DNA of 64,000 nucleotides, taken from IMG/VR virus record IMGVR_UViG_3300025655_000030, positions 6,151 through 70,150 of that record, one strand, 5' to 3'. Below the pieces are notes generated by a model. That model ran no database searches, was not told the origin of the DNA, and saw only the letters and a program-made list of their open reading frames with translations. Position 1 is the first letter of the stretch, and each line of letters opens with the position of its first letter. The translations under genes and the position numbers were made by a program. Source of the DNA: a virus. Below, one piece after another: positions 40,549-50,567 of this stretch.

Positions 40549-40949
40549 TAGTTTTTATCCTTCTTTTGTAAATCTACAACATTAATCTTATCACATAATA
40601 ACTCAGCTAACATAAATATTAAAGTTATTTTATCATGTAATATTTGGTCATTCTCCTCAAACATTTTCTTACTGCCATTCATCTTAGGAAACTCTTTACA
40701 TACACTACTTACAAACTCATTCACTATAGTCTGTATTTCCATTGCAGGAGTTAACTGTCTAACATTTTTATTAGCTAACCTAGAAATAACTTTAACTAAG
40801 TCAACCTCTTTACCTTCACTATCTACAGTGACAATCTTATCTAGTTTAACTCCTAATGGTACTTTACCATCACTCACATCGTAATATTTATATTCACTGT
40901 CTTTAACTGATAGTCTACCACCTACCACTGCTATGTGCTTTTTACTCAT
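40548..40949 (-). CDS. hypothetical protein
   Basis: ORF with AGGA RBS. Confidence 0.5.
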   Translation of the reverse strand: MSKKHIAVVGGRLSVKDSEYKYYDVSDGKVPLGVKLDKIVTVDSEGKEVDLVKVISRLANKNVRQLTPAMEIQTIVNEFVSSVCKEFPKMNGSKKMFEENDQILHDKITLIFMLAELLCDKINVVDLQKKDKN

Positions 40950-40961
40950 AAAATTGTTCCT

Positions 40962-41639
40962 CTAGTCCGACTTTTTGTTAAGTAAATTCACAAGAGTGGG
41001 AAAATATGCACTCAGAGCTTCTTTACACGCATTAGCCAACCATATATGTTCCAACTGAGTTCCATTGCCACCTCTTAGGTTACAATAGTGTATCCAAGTT
41101 CTCATAGTGGCATTCATGTACATACAACTCATTGTATTACCCTCTGGTAAAACAACCCTAGCACATTCCTTAGCTATACCTTTTGACAATGCCCATTGGT
41201 ATGATTCCACTGACTTCATGATTGAATCTCTTTGTCTCTCTTCCCACTCTTCCTGTAGTTTTTCATCCTCAGTAGGTACACTATTCTGCCTATTTTTAGT
41301 ATCTTGCATTCTAGCTTGCCTTAGTACAAACATACTCTCATCAACCTCAGCATATCTTTGACTAAATTCTTGGAAAGATGAGGATTTGTGTCTTAAAACT
41401 TGTCTACTTATATCTCTTGGTGCTTTCAATTCTAACACAGCATTACAGGTTTCAAATACACTCCACTCTCCCATTCTAGCACAATAAGAAAGCAGTTTAT
41501 CCGCAGTCTTAAAATTCTCTTGGTTAGATGGGTTTGATACTCTTGCAGTGTAACTTAATATACCCTCACTATCGGGAATAAAATCAACAACAGGTTGAGT
41601 GACACCTATAACTCTCACTTCCGGTTTAAATAACTCCAT
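40962..41639 (-). CDS. thyX: flavin-dependent thymidylate synthase
   Basis: RHKSSSFQEFSQRY ThyX motif; GIAKECARVVLP; QLEH. Confidence 0.95.
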   Translation of the reverse strand: MELFKPEVRVIGVTQPVVDFIPDSEGILSYTARVSNPSNQENFKTADKLLSYCARMGEWSVFETCNAVLELKAPRDISRQVLRHKSSSFQEFSQRYAEVDESMFVLRQARMQDTKNRQNSVPTEDEKLQEEWEERQRDSIMKSVESYQWALSKGIAKECARVVLPEGNTMSCMYMNATMRTWIHYCNLRGGNGTQLEHIWLANACKEALSAYFPTLVNLLNKKSD

Positions 41640-41866
41640 TAACCCTCCACCACTTCTAATGTATTAAACCAACCTAAACTCTTAGCCAACTGCAAACCTT
41701 CTATTAAATCATCCACTTGGCTCTCATGTAGGTAATACTCATCAGCTCCGTCTGTTAACTGTATATTACCTGAATTATCATGACATTTGAATATATCAAA
41801 ATACCCTGCATCAATTTCTGTAGGTTCTTGACTCTCAATAGCCTCACCTTTTGTATTTACTCGCAT
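41639..41866 (-). CDS. hypothetical protein
   Basis: ORF with AGGAG RBS. Confidence 0.5.
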   Translation of the reverse strand: MRVNTKGEAIESQEPTEIDAGYFDIFKCHDNSGNIQLTDGADEYYLHESQVDDLIEGLQLAKSLGWFNTLEVVEG

Positions 41867-41932
41867 ATATCATCTCCTCCAAGATTAGTTTACTGGAATA
41901 ATATTTTAACATATTTATTGTTGAAAGTACAG

Positions 41933-42505
41933 TTAAAACTTCTTACCATTTGTCTTAGCACGATTCTCTTTCCTATGGTCAGCTCTATTCTTATTATATA
42001 TAAGCTTCTCCTCTACTGCTGCTAAGACACTATACTCTTGGTTGAAACCTACCTCTAGGATAGAGTCTATTAACTTAGAGTATGTATCCTCAATAGTGGA
42101 GCTATAACCTTGTATATAATAATACTCATATTCTATAGCTAACATAATTAGTGCTTTATTTATCCCTAGGTGTTGCATTCCAATAGAGTTCCCTTCTGAA
42201 CACCAAGACTCTTCTACCTCAGTTTCAGTGTACGCTATGCCTAATCTACCCCCTAAGTCCAATACTCTTATAAGAGCATCTGCTAGTTCTACTTCACCCA
42301 TCTTACGATGAGGTAGGTGATCATCCATTAGGTTCTTGCGCTCTCCTTCTGTGCTTTCAGCCACTTCAGTAGAAACTAATTGTAACTTCTGGAAGATACA
42401 CTCCTTTGGGTTATCCCACCACCCAACTAAACAATTCTGTTTGTAAATTTCCTTAGACATCTTATTTAAATCATAACACATACTACCCTCCTGATTAACA
42501 CTCAT
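41933..42505 (-). CDS. MazG-like nucleotide pyrophosphohydrolase
   Basis: LVSTEVAESTEG.RK..EVELADALIRVLD; K..YN..R. Confidence 0.75.
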   Translation of the reverse strand: MSVNQEGSMCYDLNKMSKEIYKQNCLVGWWDNPKECIFQKLQLVSTEVAESTEGERKNLMDDHLPHRKMGEVELADALIRVLDLGGRLGIAYTETEVEESWCSEGNSIGMQHLGINKALIMLAIEYEYYYIQGYSSTIEDTYSKLIDSILEVGFNQEYSVLAAVEEKLIYNKNRADHRKENRAKTNGKKF

Positions 42506-42657
42506 TGCATTGTCACTCCTTCCATATTATCCCCCTCATCTTCTTCATTCTTATTGATGCACCAAATGGCTTGTAACATACCATTCTCAGTTGGTGATTC
42601 TACTTGATGGCATGTTTTAAGTCCATCTATTTCTTCTGTTAAGGTATATTTAAACAT
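42502..42657 (-). CDS. small hypothetical protein (51 aa, not in ORF track)
   Basis: MFKYTLTEEIDG...; overlaps both neighbours; GGAG RBS. Confidence 0.5.
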   Translation of the reverse strand: MFKYTLTEEIDGLKTCHQVESPTENGMLQAIWCINKNEEDEGDNMEGVTMQ

Positions 42658-43255
42658 CTATCATCTCCAATGTGTTCATAATTTTACAAGCAGCATCTAA
42701 CCAATCTTTAGTGTAGTGGCTTGTATCACAGCCTTTATTATAAGGAGTTTCTATCAGTATACACTTAATACCTAACTCTTTAGCACTTGTAGCATGTTGT
42801 AAGGAATCCTCAACATATATGTCAGGCTTAAGTTCCTCTAAATACTTCTTCTTGCATTCACCTAGCCCTATAAGAATAATATCTTTAAATACATCAGGAT
42901 ACAACACATTTAAGTAATCTTTTCTAAACTGTTTAGTTTGCTCAGTTCCACCAAAACTACTTAATGCTATAATATCAGCACTATACTTAATATCATGTAA
43001 CATATCTTGTGACCATTCCAAAGGTGGCAAGGCTCTAGGATAATCATTAAATTCATTGATTAAACAAACTAGCTCATCCCTAGTCATTACTCCCCATATG
43101 TCATGTTCTGAAAACCAACTTGTCATATCATAACTGTCTTGTTCTGAATTAGGACATACTTCCCATCCTAGAGACTTACAGTAAGATAGGAATGGTTGAA
43201 TATAGTGAAGTAAAACTTCATCGACATCTACTACTATTAGAGGTTTATTTTCCAT
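42650..43255 (-). CDS. HAD-family 5'(3')-deoxyribonucleotidase-like protein
   Basis: VDVDEVL motif I, YVEDS motif, PYN; likely start MENKPL at 43255. Confidence 0.8.
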   Translation of the reverse strand: MENKPLIVVDVDEVLLHYIQPFLSYCKSLGWEVCPNSEQDSYDMTSWFSEHDIWGVMTRDELVCLINEFNDYPRALPPLEWSQDMLHDIKYSADIIALSSFGGTEQTKQFRKDYLNVLYPDVFKDIILIGLGECKKKYLEELKPDIYVEDSLQHATSAKELGIKCILIETPYNKGCDTSHYTKDWLDAACKIMNTLEMIDV

Positions 43256-43952
43256 GACCTTCTCCATAATTTGCACCTTGTATGTTTAATTTTTCTATCA
43301 TTAATTCCCTCGTCTCACATGCAGCAAAGAAGGCTAACTCCTCTCCTAGTTTAGGAATAGAGAAAGACTTAGTCCAGTTTTTCCCATCTAACCCTATACT
43401 TTGAGCTACCCACCATTTTCTCATTTTAGTAACTCCGGTAACACCTGAAGTATTATTTTTACTCTTTCTTTGATTTCTATTTTGGTATACTTTCTCTAAC
43501 CAAACACAGTTATCTGGTGTGTAATCACCTTCAACATCCACCCTTTCAATAGAGTGATTATCTGATGGACGTTCTCCCATATCTTCATAAAAATTCTCAA
43601 AAGAGTTTAACCACCTATCACATACTGTGATACCCCTACCCCCATAATTTTTATATGATATATTTCTGGAGTTACTACACCTACCTTTCATACTAAGCCA
43701 AGTGCTGTGTTCAGTGGTTGAGGACTTATTATGAGAACTACGTAATTCCTTAGCTAAGCATCCACAACTCTTAGTTCCTCCGGACGATAAGTGTGTACCT
43801 CTTATGGCTTTAATATTACCACAATCACACTTACACTCATAATATTTATTAGATCCTCTCTTACTATCAAACCTTAATACTACTAACCTAGTAAACCTGT
43901 CACCCTCTCTTAGGTAGTTAGTACTATCCACTACTATTAAAGGTTTATTCAT
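43245..43952 (-). CDS. free-standing HNH homing endonuclease with AP2-like C-terminus
   Basis: CKCDCG..SCGC..W.SM..RC..YGGRGI.VCDRW..SIERVD..Y...NC.W..Q.RN; NTSGVTGV; likely ATG 43952. Confidence 0.88.
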   Translation of the reverse strand: MNKPLIVVDSTNYLREGDRFTRLVVLRFDSKRGSNKYYECKCDCGNIKAIRGTHLSSGGTKSCGCLAKELRSSHNKSSTTEHSTWLSMKGRCSNSRNISYKNYGGRGITVCDRWLNSFENFYEDMGERPSDNHSIERVDVEGDYTPDNCVWLEKVYQNRNQRKSKNNTSGVTGVTKMRKWWVAQSIGLDGKNWTKSFSIPKLGEELAFFAACETRELMIEKLNIQGANYGEGHGK

Positions 43953-44277
43953 CAACAGGTTTCCTTTTATTATAGTGGTAAGAAAGGAACATAGAATTAC
44001 ACATAACATGGTCTAAGTGATGTAATTTACTTTCTTTGTCATACTCCTCTCCATTAGTATAAGCCATTAAATGACGTAACAAACTATCAATTAGTTGATC
44101 CTTGTCAAAAGGCTTCTGCCAATTTAATTTATTATATTTTCTTGCCCCGAAGGTCATAACCTCACACATACCTTGTATTGCATAATTAGCGTGGAGCATA
44201 TAACTTAACTCTGGTTTACCTTGATTATACCTTAGAGCTTGTTCACCTTGTTTACTGATTTTATCGGTATCACTCAT
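43945..44277 (-). CDS. dATP/dGTP diphosphohydrolase-domain protein (DUF5664-like)
   Basis: YNQGKP..FGARKY..NW..SLLRHL..D.ES.LHHL.H..CN..FL. Confidence 0.8.
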   Translation of the reverse strand: MSDTDKISKQGEQALRYNQGKPELSYMLHANYAIQGMCEVMTFGARKYNKLNWQKPFDKDQLIDSLLRHLMAYTNGEEYDKESKLHHLDHVMCNSMFLSYHYNKRKPVDE

Positions 44278-44279
44278 AA

Positions 44280-44636
44280 CTATTCACCCTCCCAAAACAC
44301 TACATCCTCGACATTAATAACTTCAATACTGACTTTATCACTCTCACTCATTTTATTCAAAATACCTGCTGTAGTTACACCTAACATCTTCATATAGTCA
44401 GTGGTAATGTAATTACTACCAGATAAGCACTCAAAACAATACTCCTTATACTTACCTTTATCTAGAGTTGACATAGCCACTATCGGGCTAGACATTTTCC
44501 AAGATGAACCATACATAAAGCTGCCTCCCCATTCAGCTAATATCTTACAGTACGTTTCACCTTCTTCATCTGTAATTTTAATAATTTCCCATTTATCTGG
44601 TGTGTATTCTTTTGTCATAAGTTTCTCCTTAAGCAT
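44280..44636 (-). CDS. conserved phage hypothetical protein
   Basis: YTPDKW..W.G....G.SWKMSS..SGS.Y. Confidence 0.6.
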   Translation of the reverse strand: MLKEKLMTKEYTPDKWEIIKITDEEGETYCKILAEWGGSFMYGSSWKMSSPIVAMSTLDKGKYKEYCFECLSGSNYITTDYMKMLGVTTAGILNKMSESDKVSIEVINVEDVVFWEGE

Positions 44637-45576
44637 TCATTAATAAAGACTTACGTTTATCTTTAGATAGGGTATTAACTCTATCTCTAAGTATCTTACC
44701 ACAATCATCACAACGTAATACAGAAAAACTACTTAGTGTCGTATTAAAGGATTTATTCTCTAACTTAGTTAATTTATCGCTACCACATCCATTACATCTA
44801 GGTTTATCGTCATCGTACAGTAGAGCTAAGTTGGGACTGTTCTTATCCCAGTGTCTTACAGCTAAGTATACTTTCTCTAACACTTCTATATCTTGATCAC
44901 AGTATGATAGCATATAATCTAAGGAGGACACATCCCCTGCCATACATTTATGCCAAAGGGTGATATCCGTGGAGTGTTTACCACTCTCATAATCCTCTGT
45001 GTACCTTACTGCGAAGTCCATCTTATTGCTGGTAAATGCGAAGTTACCTTTAATAATTAACATAGGGTCTATCACTTTATAAGGTGATGGTTCGGGTAAA
45101 TCATATTCTAAAAACTTAGTATTCATTTTCTTTCTATCAAAAGATTTGCCATTATATGCTATGATAATATCTGCATCATCTAACAAAGCCCATAAACTCT
45201 GCACCACTAAGAATTCAAACTCTTTAAAATTATAGTCTGTTGCTCCATGTAAGTGTATAGAGTCATGGATTAACTCAGTCTCTCCAAACCACCTAGCAGA
45301 ATAACAAATAACATACCAATCTTCTATAATACTTTTAATGTTAATGTCTTGCTTCCACAAACTCCATACAAATGCTTTAATCATAGATGTTTCAATATCA
45401 AATAAAAGTATTTTAGGTTTATGCACTTCAGCTACATGCAAATAATTATCATCCTTAGCTTTACGTAATAAATCACTCACTGTAGACTTACTCTTGCCTA
45501 ACTTGTTAGCTATTTTTCTCCAACTTAATTCAGTTGTAAATGCCAGTTCTAAAGCCTCTTTCTTCCAATCTTTCAA
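44629..45576 (-). CDS. RNase H-like/DnaQ-like exonuclease with N-terminal HTH and C-terminal zinc ribbon
   Basis: FDIET, AYNGKSFD, YCDQD; SWRKIA..LGKSKSTVSD. Confidence 0.8.
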   Translation of the reverse strand: MKDWKKEALELAFTTELSWRKIANKLGKSKSTVSDLLRKAKDDNYLHVAEVHKPKILLFDIETSMIKAFVWSLWKQDINIKSIIEDWYVICYSARWFGETELIHDSIHLHGATDYNFKEFEFLVVQSLWALLDDADIIIAYNGKSFDRKKMNTKFLEYDLPEPSPYKVIDPMLIIKGNFAFTSNKMDFAVRYTEDYESGKHSTDITLWHKCMAGDVSSLDYMLSYCDQDIEVLEKVYLAVRHWDKNSPNLALLYDDDKPRCNGCGSDKLTKLENKSFNTTLSSFSVLRCDDCGKILRDRVNTLSKDKRKSLLMNA

Positions 45577-45767
45577 TCTACGTACTCCTCTCCAACTTTC
45601 TCATTAACTAACTCAAATGACACCACTCTAGTCTTAGTATTCTGAAACCTAATTAGTTTAGACCTAGCTCCTCGTAATGTATTATAAAATGTTCCTCCTG
45701 ATTTAGTGGATATACTACCCCAACCTTCAGCATAATCACTCCAATATTGTGCTTGGTATACTTTCAT
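45573..45767 (-). CDS. hypothetical protein
   Basis: ATGA-coupled ORF. Confidence 0.5.
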   Translation of the reverse strand: MKVYQAQYWSDYAEGWGSISTKSGGTFYNTLRGARSKLIRFQNTKTRVVSFELVNEKVGEEYVD

Positions 45768-46336
45768 AAATAGTATTCCTCCCTCATAAATACTTCTATT
45801 AACTGTTTACGTCTACCTTTACTATCCTTAGCAAACTCTAAACCATTCATCTTAAGGAAACTCTTAACAGCCTCAGTTTTCTCTTTCTCTTTCTCAATAG
45901 CTAACTTAGTAGCCCTACCCTCTTCAAATGATAAGTTGTGTGAGTCGCAATACGAGATAATTTTATGACAGGGTTTACAAACCAATGCCCAGTTGTCAGG
46001 GTTGTTAGCTGCACAATGCCATAAGAACTTCTCAGCAGTCTCAAAATCATAACAACCTTCTGATGGTTCTATGTGGTCACATTCTAATTTACTACCTGCC
46101 ATCCACTCTTTACACTGGTAACATTGTCCTAAGTTCTTAGTGCTAGTGTGAAACTTCTTAGATAATTTTTCCTCAGTTGTTATAGGTCTTAGTTTATCCT
46201 TTTTCCACTCTTTTCGTAAAGGGTTATCTGACCATATCCTTCTGAGATTTCCCCTTAGCCATACGAAATACTGAGACTTAGTTTTCCATATAGATAAAGG
46301 GTGTTCCCATACGTTTATACGCTCACTCACTATCAT
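45764..46336 (-). CDS. HNH endonuclease
   Basis: CYQC..ECDHI..LVCKPCH. Confidence 0.75.
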   Translation of the reverse strand: MIVSERINVWEHPLSIWKTKSQYFVWLRGNLRRIWSDNPLRKEWKKDKLRPITTEEKLSKKFHTSTKNLGQCYQCKEWMAGSKLECDHIEPSEGCYDFETAEKFLWHCAANNPDNWALVCKPCHKIISYCDSHNLSFEEGRATKLAIEKEKEKTEAVKSFLKMNGLEFAKDSKGRRKQLIEVFMREEYYL

Positions 46337-46505
46337 CTACCTCTACAACCTTAACACTATCAAACCAAGATGCAAACTCACCTACACCCTCTTTAAGCAT
46401 CTCCTGATATAATTCCAACCAACTACCATCATAATATTCAGTTAACTCATTTTCATCTATTAGAGTGACAGTATCTTTTATTTCAAATTCAAGTAACACT
46501 TTCAT
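46323..46505 (-). CDS. hypothetical protein
   Basis: ORF overlapping both neighbours; start uncertain. Confidence 0.45.
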   Translation of the reverse strand: MKVLLEFEIKDTVTLIDENELTEYYDGSWLELYQEMLKEGVGEFASWFDSVKVVEVDDSE

Positions 46506-47553
46506 AATCAACACCAACCTTATTTAATAATTTCATAACATCTAACCTATCCCCCTCCCATCTCTGCATATAAGCGCAATCTACATACATTTGAAAAGCT
46601 CCTACCCAGTCCTTTGTGTTTTCATTACCATGTATATCTGTATATGTAAAAGTATCCTCTCCAAACCACTCTTTATACTTATTAACTATAATTTGTAGAC
46701 ACTCTTTATCTGTCTTGCAAGGGTTTAATAAATTAAAACAAGTCTTATGCCCGAATGAAGGTGTATTACCTTTAACTAAGCAAACTAAATCCCTTGGGTT
46801 ATAAGTATCAACACCATCCCCAACAAGACACTGAGCGTATAGGAACTTCCTACCCCATCCCTTAACGTCACCATTCTTCATGTAAAGCTCTCCAAGACCT
46901 TTTATGAATACCTCTGGAGTCTTAGGTTCCTTAGCATTATAAAGCCATCCAGAGGCTTGTGTTGCGTCTTTATCCTGAGTGACACCTACAATTTTCTGTT
47001 TACTCTTAAAACCATCATACATTCTACTAGTTATTACATCATCAGCTTCACGACCATCAACAATCACAGCATCATGGTAATTGATTAGGTAGTCCTTGAT
47101 CTCTTGAAACAACAGTGGTTTGTGAGTGTTATCCCTATCTTTATACTTAGATGGTAATGGAAGTTCATCTCTAAAATTACCTTTCCCCCCTATATAAATT
47201 TCATAGTTACCTGCTTTTAATTTATTCCTGACATTATTTATAGTCCTTTTCACTGTTGATAAAGCATTCGCCAATGGTTCAGCTTTAACTATATTCTCAA
47301 TTGAGAAAACATTTGGAATATCTTTCTTATCTACAATTCCAGACAGGAATTTAACCATTTGAGTTTTATTCTTAAATAGCGCTTTACCGTCTGGTTCTGA
47401 TAAGTTCTGAGCCTGTACTAACCTTTCCTCACAAGCGAAGCCTACACCATATATCAACTCGTCCCCATCAAACACTGCTGTAATATCAGGATCTAAGTGA
47501 GAAGTAGATATCTCACCATCATCCACAGCCTTAACACGTTTACTGAATGCCAT
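46489..47553 (-). CDS. 5'-3' exonuclease (T5/T7-type)
   Basis: DGD, NFR..YK..R..KP, EADD, DKD, GD..D motifs. Confidence 0.85.
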   Translation of the reverse strand: MAFSKRVKAVDDGEISTSHLDPDITAVFDGDELIYGVGFACEERLVQAQNLSEPDGKALFKNKTQMVKFLSGIVDKKDIPNVFSIENIVKAEPLANALSTVKRTINNVRNKLKAGNYEIYIGGKGNFRDELPLPSKYKDRDNTHKPLLFQEIKDYLINYHDAVIVDGREADDVITSRMYDGFKSKQKIVGVTQDKDATQASGWLYNAKEPKTPEVFIKGLGELYMKNGDVKGWGRKFLYAQCLVGDGVDTYNPRDLVCLVKGNTPSFGHKTCFNLLNPCKTDKECLQIIVNKYKEWFGEDTFTYTDIHGNENTKDWVGAFQMYVDCAYMQRWEGDRLDVMKLLNKVGVDYESVT

Positions 47554-47555
47554 AA

Positions 47556-47807
47556 TTAATCCTCACGTTCTTCCTCAAAGTCATTCCCTAGAATTCTACC
47601 TATTATGTAGTGACTCCAATAGTTAGATTCGTATTGGCAATCCCAGTCCCTATCCTCAAGAGCCTCTACTAAAACTTTAATGACAGTAATAGATTTATCA
47701 CTGTTTAATTCTTCATCACCCTCTAAGAGTGACTTAACCACTTTATCAAATATCTCTGTACCATTAGCCCATCCCATACCTACCTCCTTAAAACGCTTGT
47801 AATTCAA
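47556..47807 (-). CDS. hypothetical protein
   Basis: MGWANG..LED.DWD motif; real start may be the internal ATG. Confidence 0.5.
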   Translation of the reverse strand: MNYKRFKEVGMGWANGTEIFDKVVKSLLEGDEELNSDKSITVIKVLVEALEDRDWDCQYESNYWSHYIIGRILGNDFEEERED

Positions 47808-48024
47808 AAAACTTGTACTCAGGAGTTACACCAGTATCATTCTCACATTCTTCAATTGAATCATAAGCATCTTCTATCATCCAATCCTCTTTTAAAGAGT
47901 AACTAATACCACTTCCCGTAACTTTCATCAAAGATTGACCATGATCACATTGAAGCCTTACACCAACATCCCCATGTTCTGCTAGAGCCTCTTGTAATTC
48001 TTTAATCACTTCTGAAATCTTCAT
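47788..48024 (-). CDS. hypothetical protein
   Basis: MKISEVIKELQE..HGD. Confidence 0.5.
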   Translation of the reverse strand: MKISEVIKELQEALAEHGDVGVRLQCDHGQSLMKVTGSGISYSLKEDWMIEDAYDSIEECENDTGVTPEYKFFELQAF

Positions 48025-48025
48025 A

Positions 48026-48352
48026 TTACAACTCCCTTACATAAGTAATAGTCTCTACAATTTTAGGGTAAACCTCATATACTTTATCAATACCTTCAAA
48101 GTTATATCCAGCGTCTTCCCAACTATTATCATTTGTACCTTTACAAGACGAATAACAGAAAAACCTTTCTACACCATCGTCTAATATTTTACATACTACA
48201 GAATACTCTATACGCCATCTGTGTGAATCTTCGTCTCCTTTCCAAACAATAGGAAAGTTATTTCTAAGAGTTTCTTCTAGACTTTCCTCAGAAAAATCCC
48301 AACCCTTCTCTATACATTTGTCAGTTAGTAAATCTCTTAAAGTTTTCATCAC
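48026..48352 (-). CDS. hypothetical protein
   Basis: D.HRW..EV.P...TI.Y motif. Confidence 0.55.
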   Translation of the reverse strand: MMKTLRDLLTDKCIEKGWDFSEESLEETLRNNFPIVWKGDEDSHRWRIEYSVVCKILDDGVERFFCYSSCKGTNDNSWEDAGYNFEGIDKVYEVYPKIVETITYVREL

Positions 48353-48609
48353 ACACTCCCATTTAAAATTTCAACTTCACTAATAGCAGTTTGACGTTGT
48401 TCAATCTCATCTTCCACTTTAGACTTGTCATAAGCAACTTTCACTAATAAATTAAATTCTTTAGAGGGAATACCTAATTCCTCTTTAGTCATAATACCAA
48501 TATTCTTAATATCCTCTTTTAGTACATCCACTTCTTCCATTAATACTACTGACTGATTAACATACCCTAATAACTTTTTACGTTGTACATCACTTGATGG
48601 TAAGCTCAT
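48349..48609 (-). CDS. T4 DsbA-like/GapR-like dsDNA-binding protein
   Basis: IKNI...KEELGI..K.FN.L pattern; 86 aa helical. Confidence 0.6.
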   Translation of the reverse strand: MSLPSSDVQRKKLLGYVNQSVVLMEEVDVLKEDIKNIGIMTKEELGIPSKEFNLLVKVAYDKSKVEDEIEQRQTAISEVEILNGSV

Positions 48610-48618
48610 TTAAACTCC

Positions 48619-48792
48619 TTAATTATAAAATTGATTGTGCATTTTATCATATCGAATTGACGCTAGATAAACACTGTCACCGATACTTAACCCTTGTGTT
48701 AAATAAATACGTTTAGCATTTTTGTAGGTATTGCGATTACCACCTTGAATAGATACTTCTGAACGGATTGCTTTGGCTGTTTTGTTTCTCAT
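48619..48792 (-). CDS. small basic hypothetical protein (57 aa, not in ORF track)
   Basis: MRNKTAKAIRSE...; AGGAG RBS. Confidence 0.5.
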   Translation of the reverse strand: MRNKTAKAIRSEVSIQGGNRNTYKNAKRIYLTQGLSIGDSVYLASIRYDKMHNQFYN

Positions 48793-48855
48793 ATTGGCTC
48801 CTATTAGGTTAATTAAAAAGGCATCCTTGCCAGAAACTTTTCCTAAATATTAATA

Positions 48856-49812
48856 TTACTCATCGTCAGCAAATGGGTCATCCTCATCTTCTTCTTCTAC
48901 CACTTTCTTAGGGGTAGTTTTCTTAGTAGACTTTTTAGGAGATTCCTCTTCTTCCTTCTTATCCTCTTTAGGAGGAGAACCACCTTCACCCATCACCTTA
49001 CCAATCTTAATAAGCTCTTTACGTAGTTCTGATTCTTCCCAACCTTCCGCTAACTCTAAACGTTTAATTACAGAAACACTTAGTTGATTGAGTTCTTCAT
49101 CTGTATTACCACCATCCATACTAATACCTAAAGGTTCTAAGTCATAATCTGGAGTAGGGATAGACTTATGTTTAGAGCTAGGTTCCCCAGTGTTAATGTT
49201 TAAGTGAGGATTTTCTTTATCTTTCTTATTGTCAGCCCACACATATCCTAAATCCATAGTAAACACTTTACCTAATAAATCACCTAGAGCAAAGTCAGAT
49301 GGAGCCTTACTACCTTTAACTAATCCAGTAGCTTTACCTAGTTTAGTGATACGAGTTAATGTACCATAACCATCTGACTTAGGAGCTAATGTTGTGATAC
49401 CAGCAATACCCATCCATTGACCAGCAAGTAAGTGACGATAAGGTTTAATATCACTTTCACCATCATTAAAGTATTTACCATAGTCAACCATTACATCAGG
49501 GAAGTCTACCGCAATAATTACACTATCAGTTGCACGATTAGGAATATAGAATTTATCCTCCTCAACATAACATCCGAAATCTGCTTCTAACAATTTATTC
49601 TGACGTTCATCATCTTCCCATTTATACTCTGTAAACTCATCATCTGGTTTTTGCATACCACTATCAATAAGAGCACTAATGATACACACTAGGTTCTTAT
49701 TCTCCCCATTATCAGTTGCTTCATCAATAGCCTCTGCTAAATGTTTATTATAAGCTTTCCAATCTACATTAGATGATGCCTGTTTTACTACTACTTTTTT
49801 ATTAAACGCCAT
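48856..49812 (-). CDS. putative single-stranded DNA-binding/annealing protein
   Basis: Replication-module location; IDSG.Q motif; acidic tail EEEDEDDPFADDE. Confidence 0.6.
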   Translation of the reverse strand: MAFNKKVVVKQASSNVDWKAYNKHLAEAIDEATDNGENKNLVCIISALIDSGMQKPDDEFTEYKWEDDERQNKLLEADFGCYVEEDKFYIPNRATDSVIIAVDFPDVMVDYGKYFNDGESDIKPYRHLLAGQWMGIAGITTLAPKSDGYGTLTRITKLGKATGLVKGSKAPSDFALGDLLGKVFTMDLGYVWADNKKDKENPHLNINTGEPSSKHKSIPTPDYDLEPLGISMDGGNTDEELNQLSVSVIKRLELAEGWEESELRKELIKIGKVMGEGGSPPKEDKKEEEESPKKSTKKTTPKKVVEEEDEDDPFADDE

Positions 49813-49937
49813 TACTTGTTCTCCCCTTTAGATTTTAATGTTTTACTATATTTACGTACATATGATTTACCTGCATTCTGTTTATTACCCCAATAATGTG
49901 AGCAATATACTTTCTCATAAGCTTCTTTACCGGTCAT
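49812..49937 (-). CDS. small hypothetical protein (41 aa, not in ORF track)
   Basis: AGGAGGAG RBS; TAATG coupling to the SSB gene. Confidence 0.45.
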   Translation of the reverse strand: MTGKEAYEKVYCSHYWGNKQNAGKSYVRKYSKTLKSKGENK

Positions 49938-49956
49938 AACTCCTCCTATTTAATTA

Positions 49957-50547
49957 TTAAAGTTGACTATTTAAATCTTGAAAACTAACACTAGGTAAAC
50001 TAATCGTACTAGGGTTATGGATGTCTACAGGGATGAACGCCTCTGATTCAGGCCATACTTCAATCAACTGTCCTGTAGTGTTAACACTACTTAATACTTG
50101 ACTTACCTGTCTACTAAAGTTATTTCTCTTAGTTTTGTATTCTGATAACTCATTTTCAAACTGTTTTAACAGCTCTACGTTGTCTTTATAAGATTTATAG
50201 AGTTTATCAGTTTTACTTATTACATACTCCACTTTACTTTCTCTAGTAGACAACATTCTAATGTCGTCATTCTCAGAATCTCTGCCAAAGTATAGTCTAT
50301 CAATACTTTCATCAGGCCATTGGACTAGCACACTACTTGATTTGTATAAGAACTCATCAGGAATATCTTTTAGGGTTTCCCAAAACTTACCATAAACTTT
50401 TTCACTGATTTCTTTAGCTAGGGCTTGTAATAACTCTTTCCTAGATAGTAGTTCACTAGTTGGCTCTGGATTAGAACCTTCCCACTTAGATACGAAATTT
50501 TCTAATATGGTCTGTCGCAACTCTTTATTTAATCTTAATGATTTCAC
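49957..50547 (-). CDS. Nmad5-like (nucleotide-modification associated) protein
   Basis: RLNKELRQ.I N-terminus; VL.SVNT..QL.EVWPE C-terminus. Confidence 0.65.
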   Translation of the reverse strand: MKSLRLNKELRQTILENFVSKWEGSNPEPTSELLSRKELLQALAKEISEKVYGKFWETLKDIPDEFLYKSSSVLVQWPDESIDRLYFGRDSENDDIRMLSTRESKVEYVISKTDKLYKSYKDNVELLKQFENELSEYKTKRNNFSRQVSQVLSSVNTTGQLIEVWPESEAFIPVDIHNPSTISLPSVSFQDLNSQL

Positions 50548-50567
50548 AATAACTCCTCCTATTTAAC

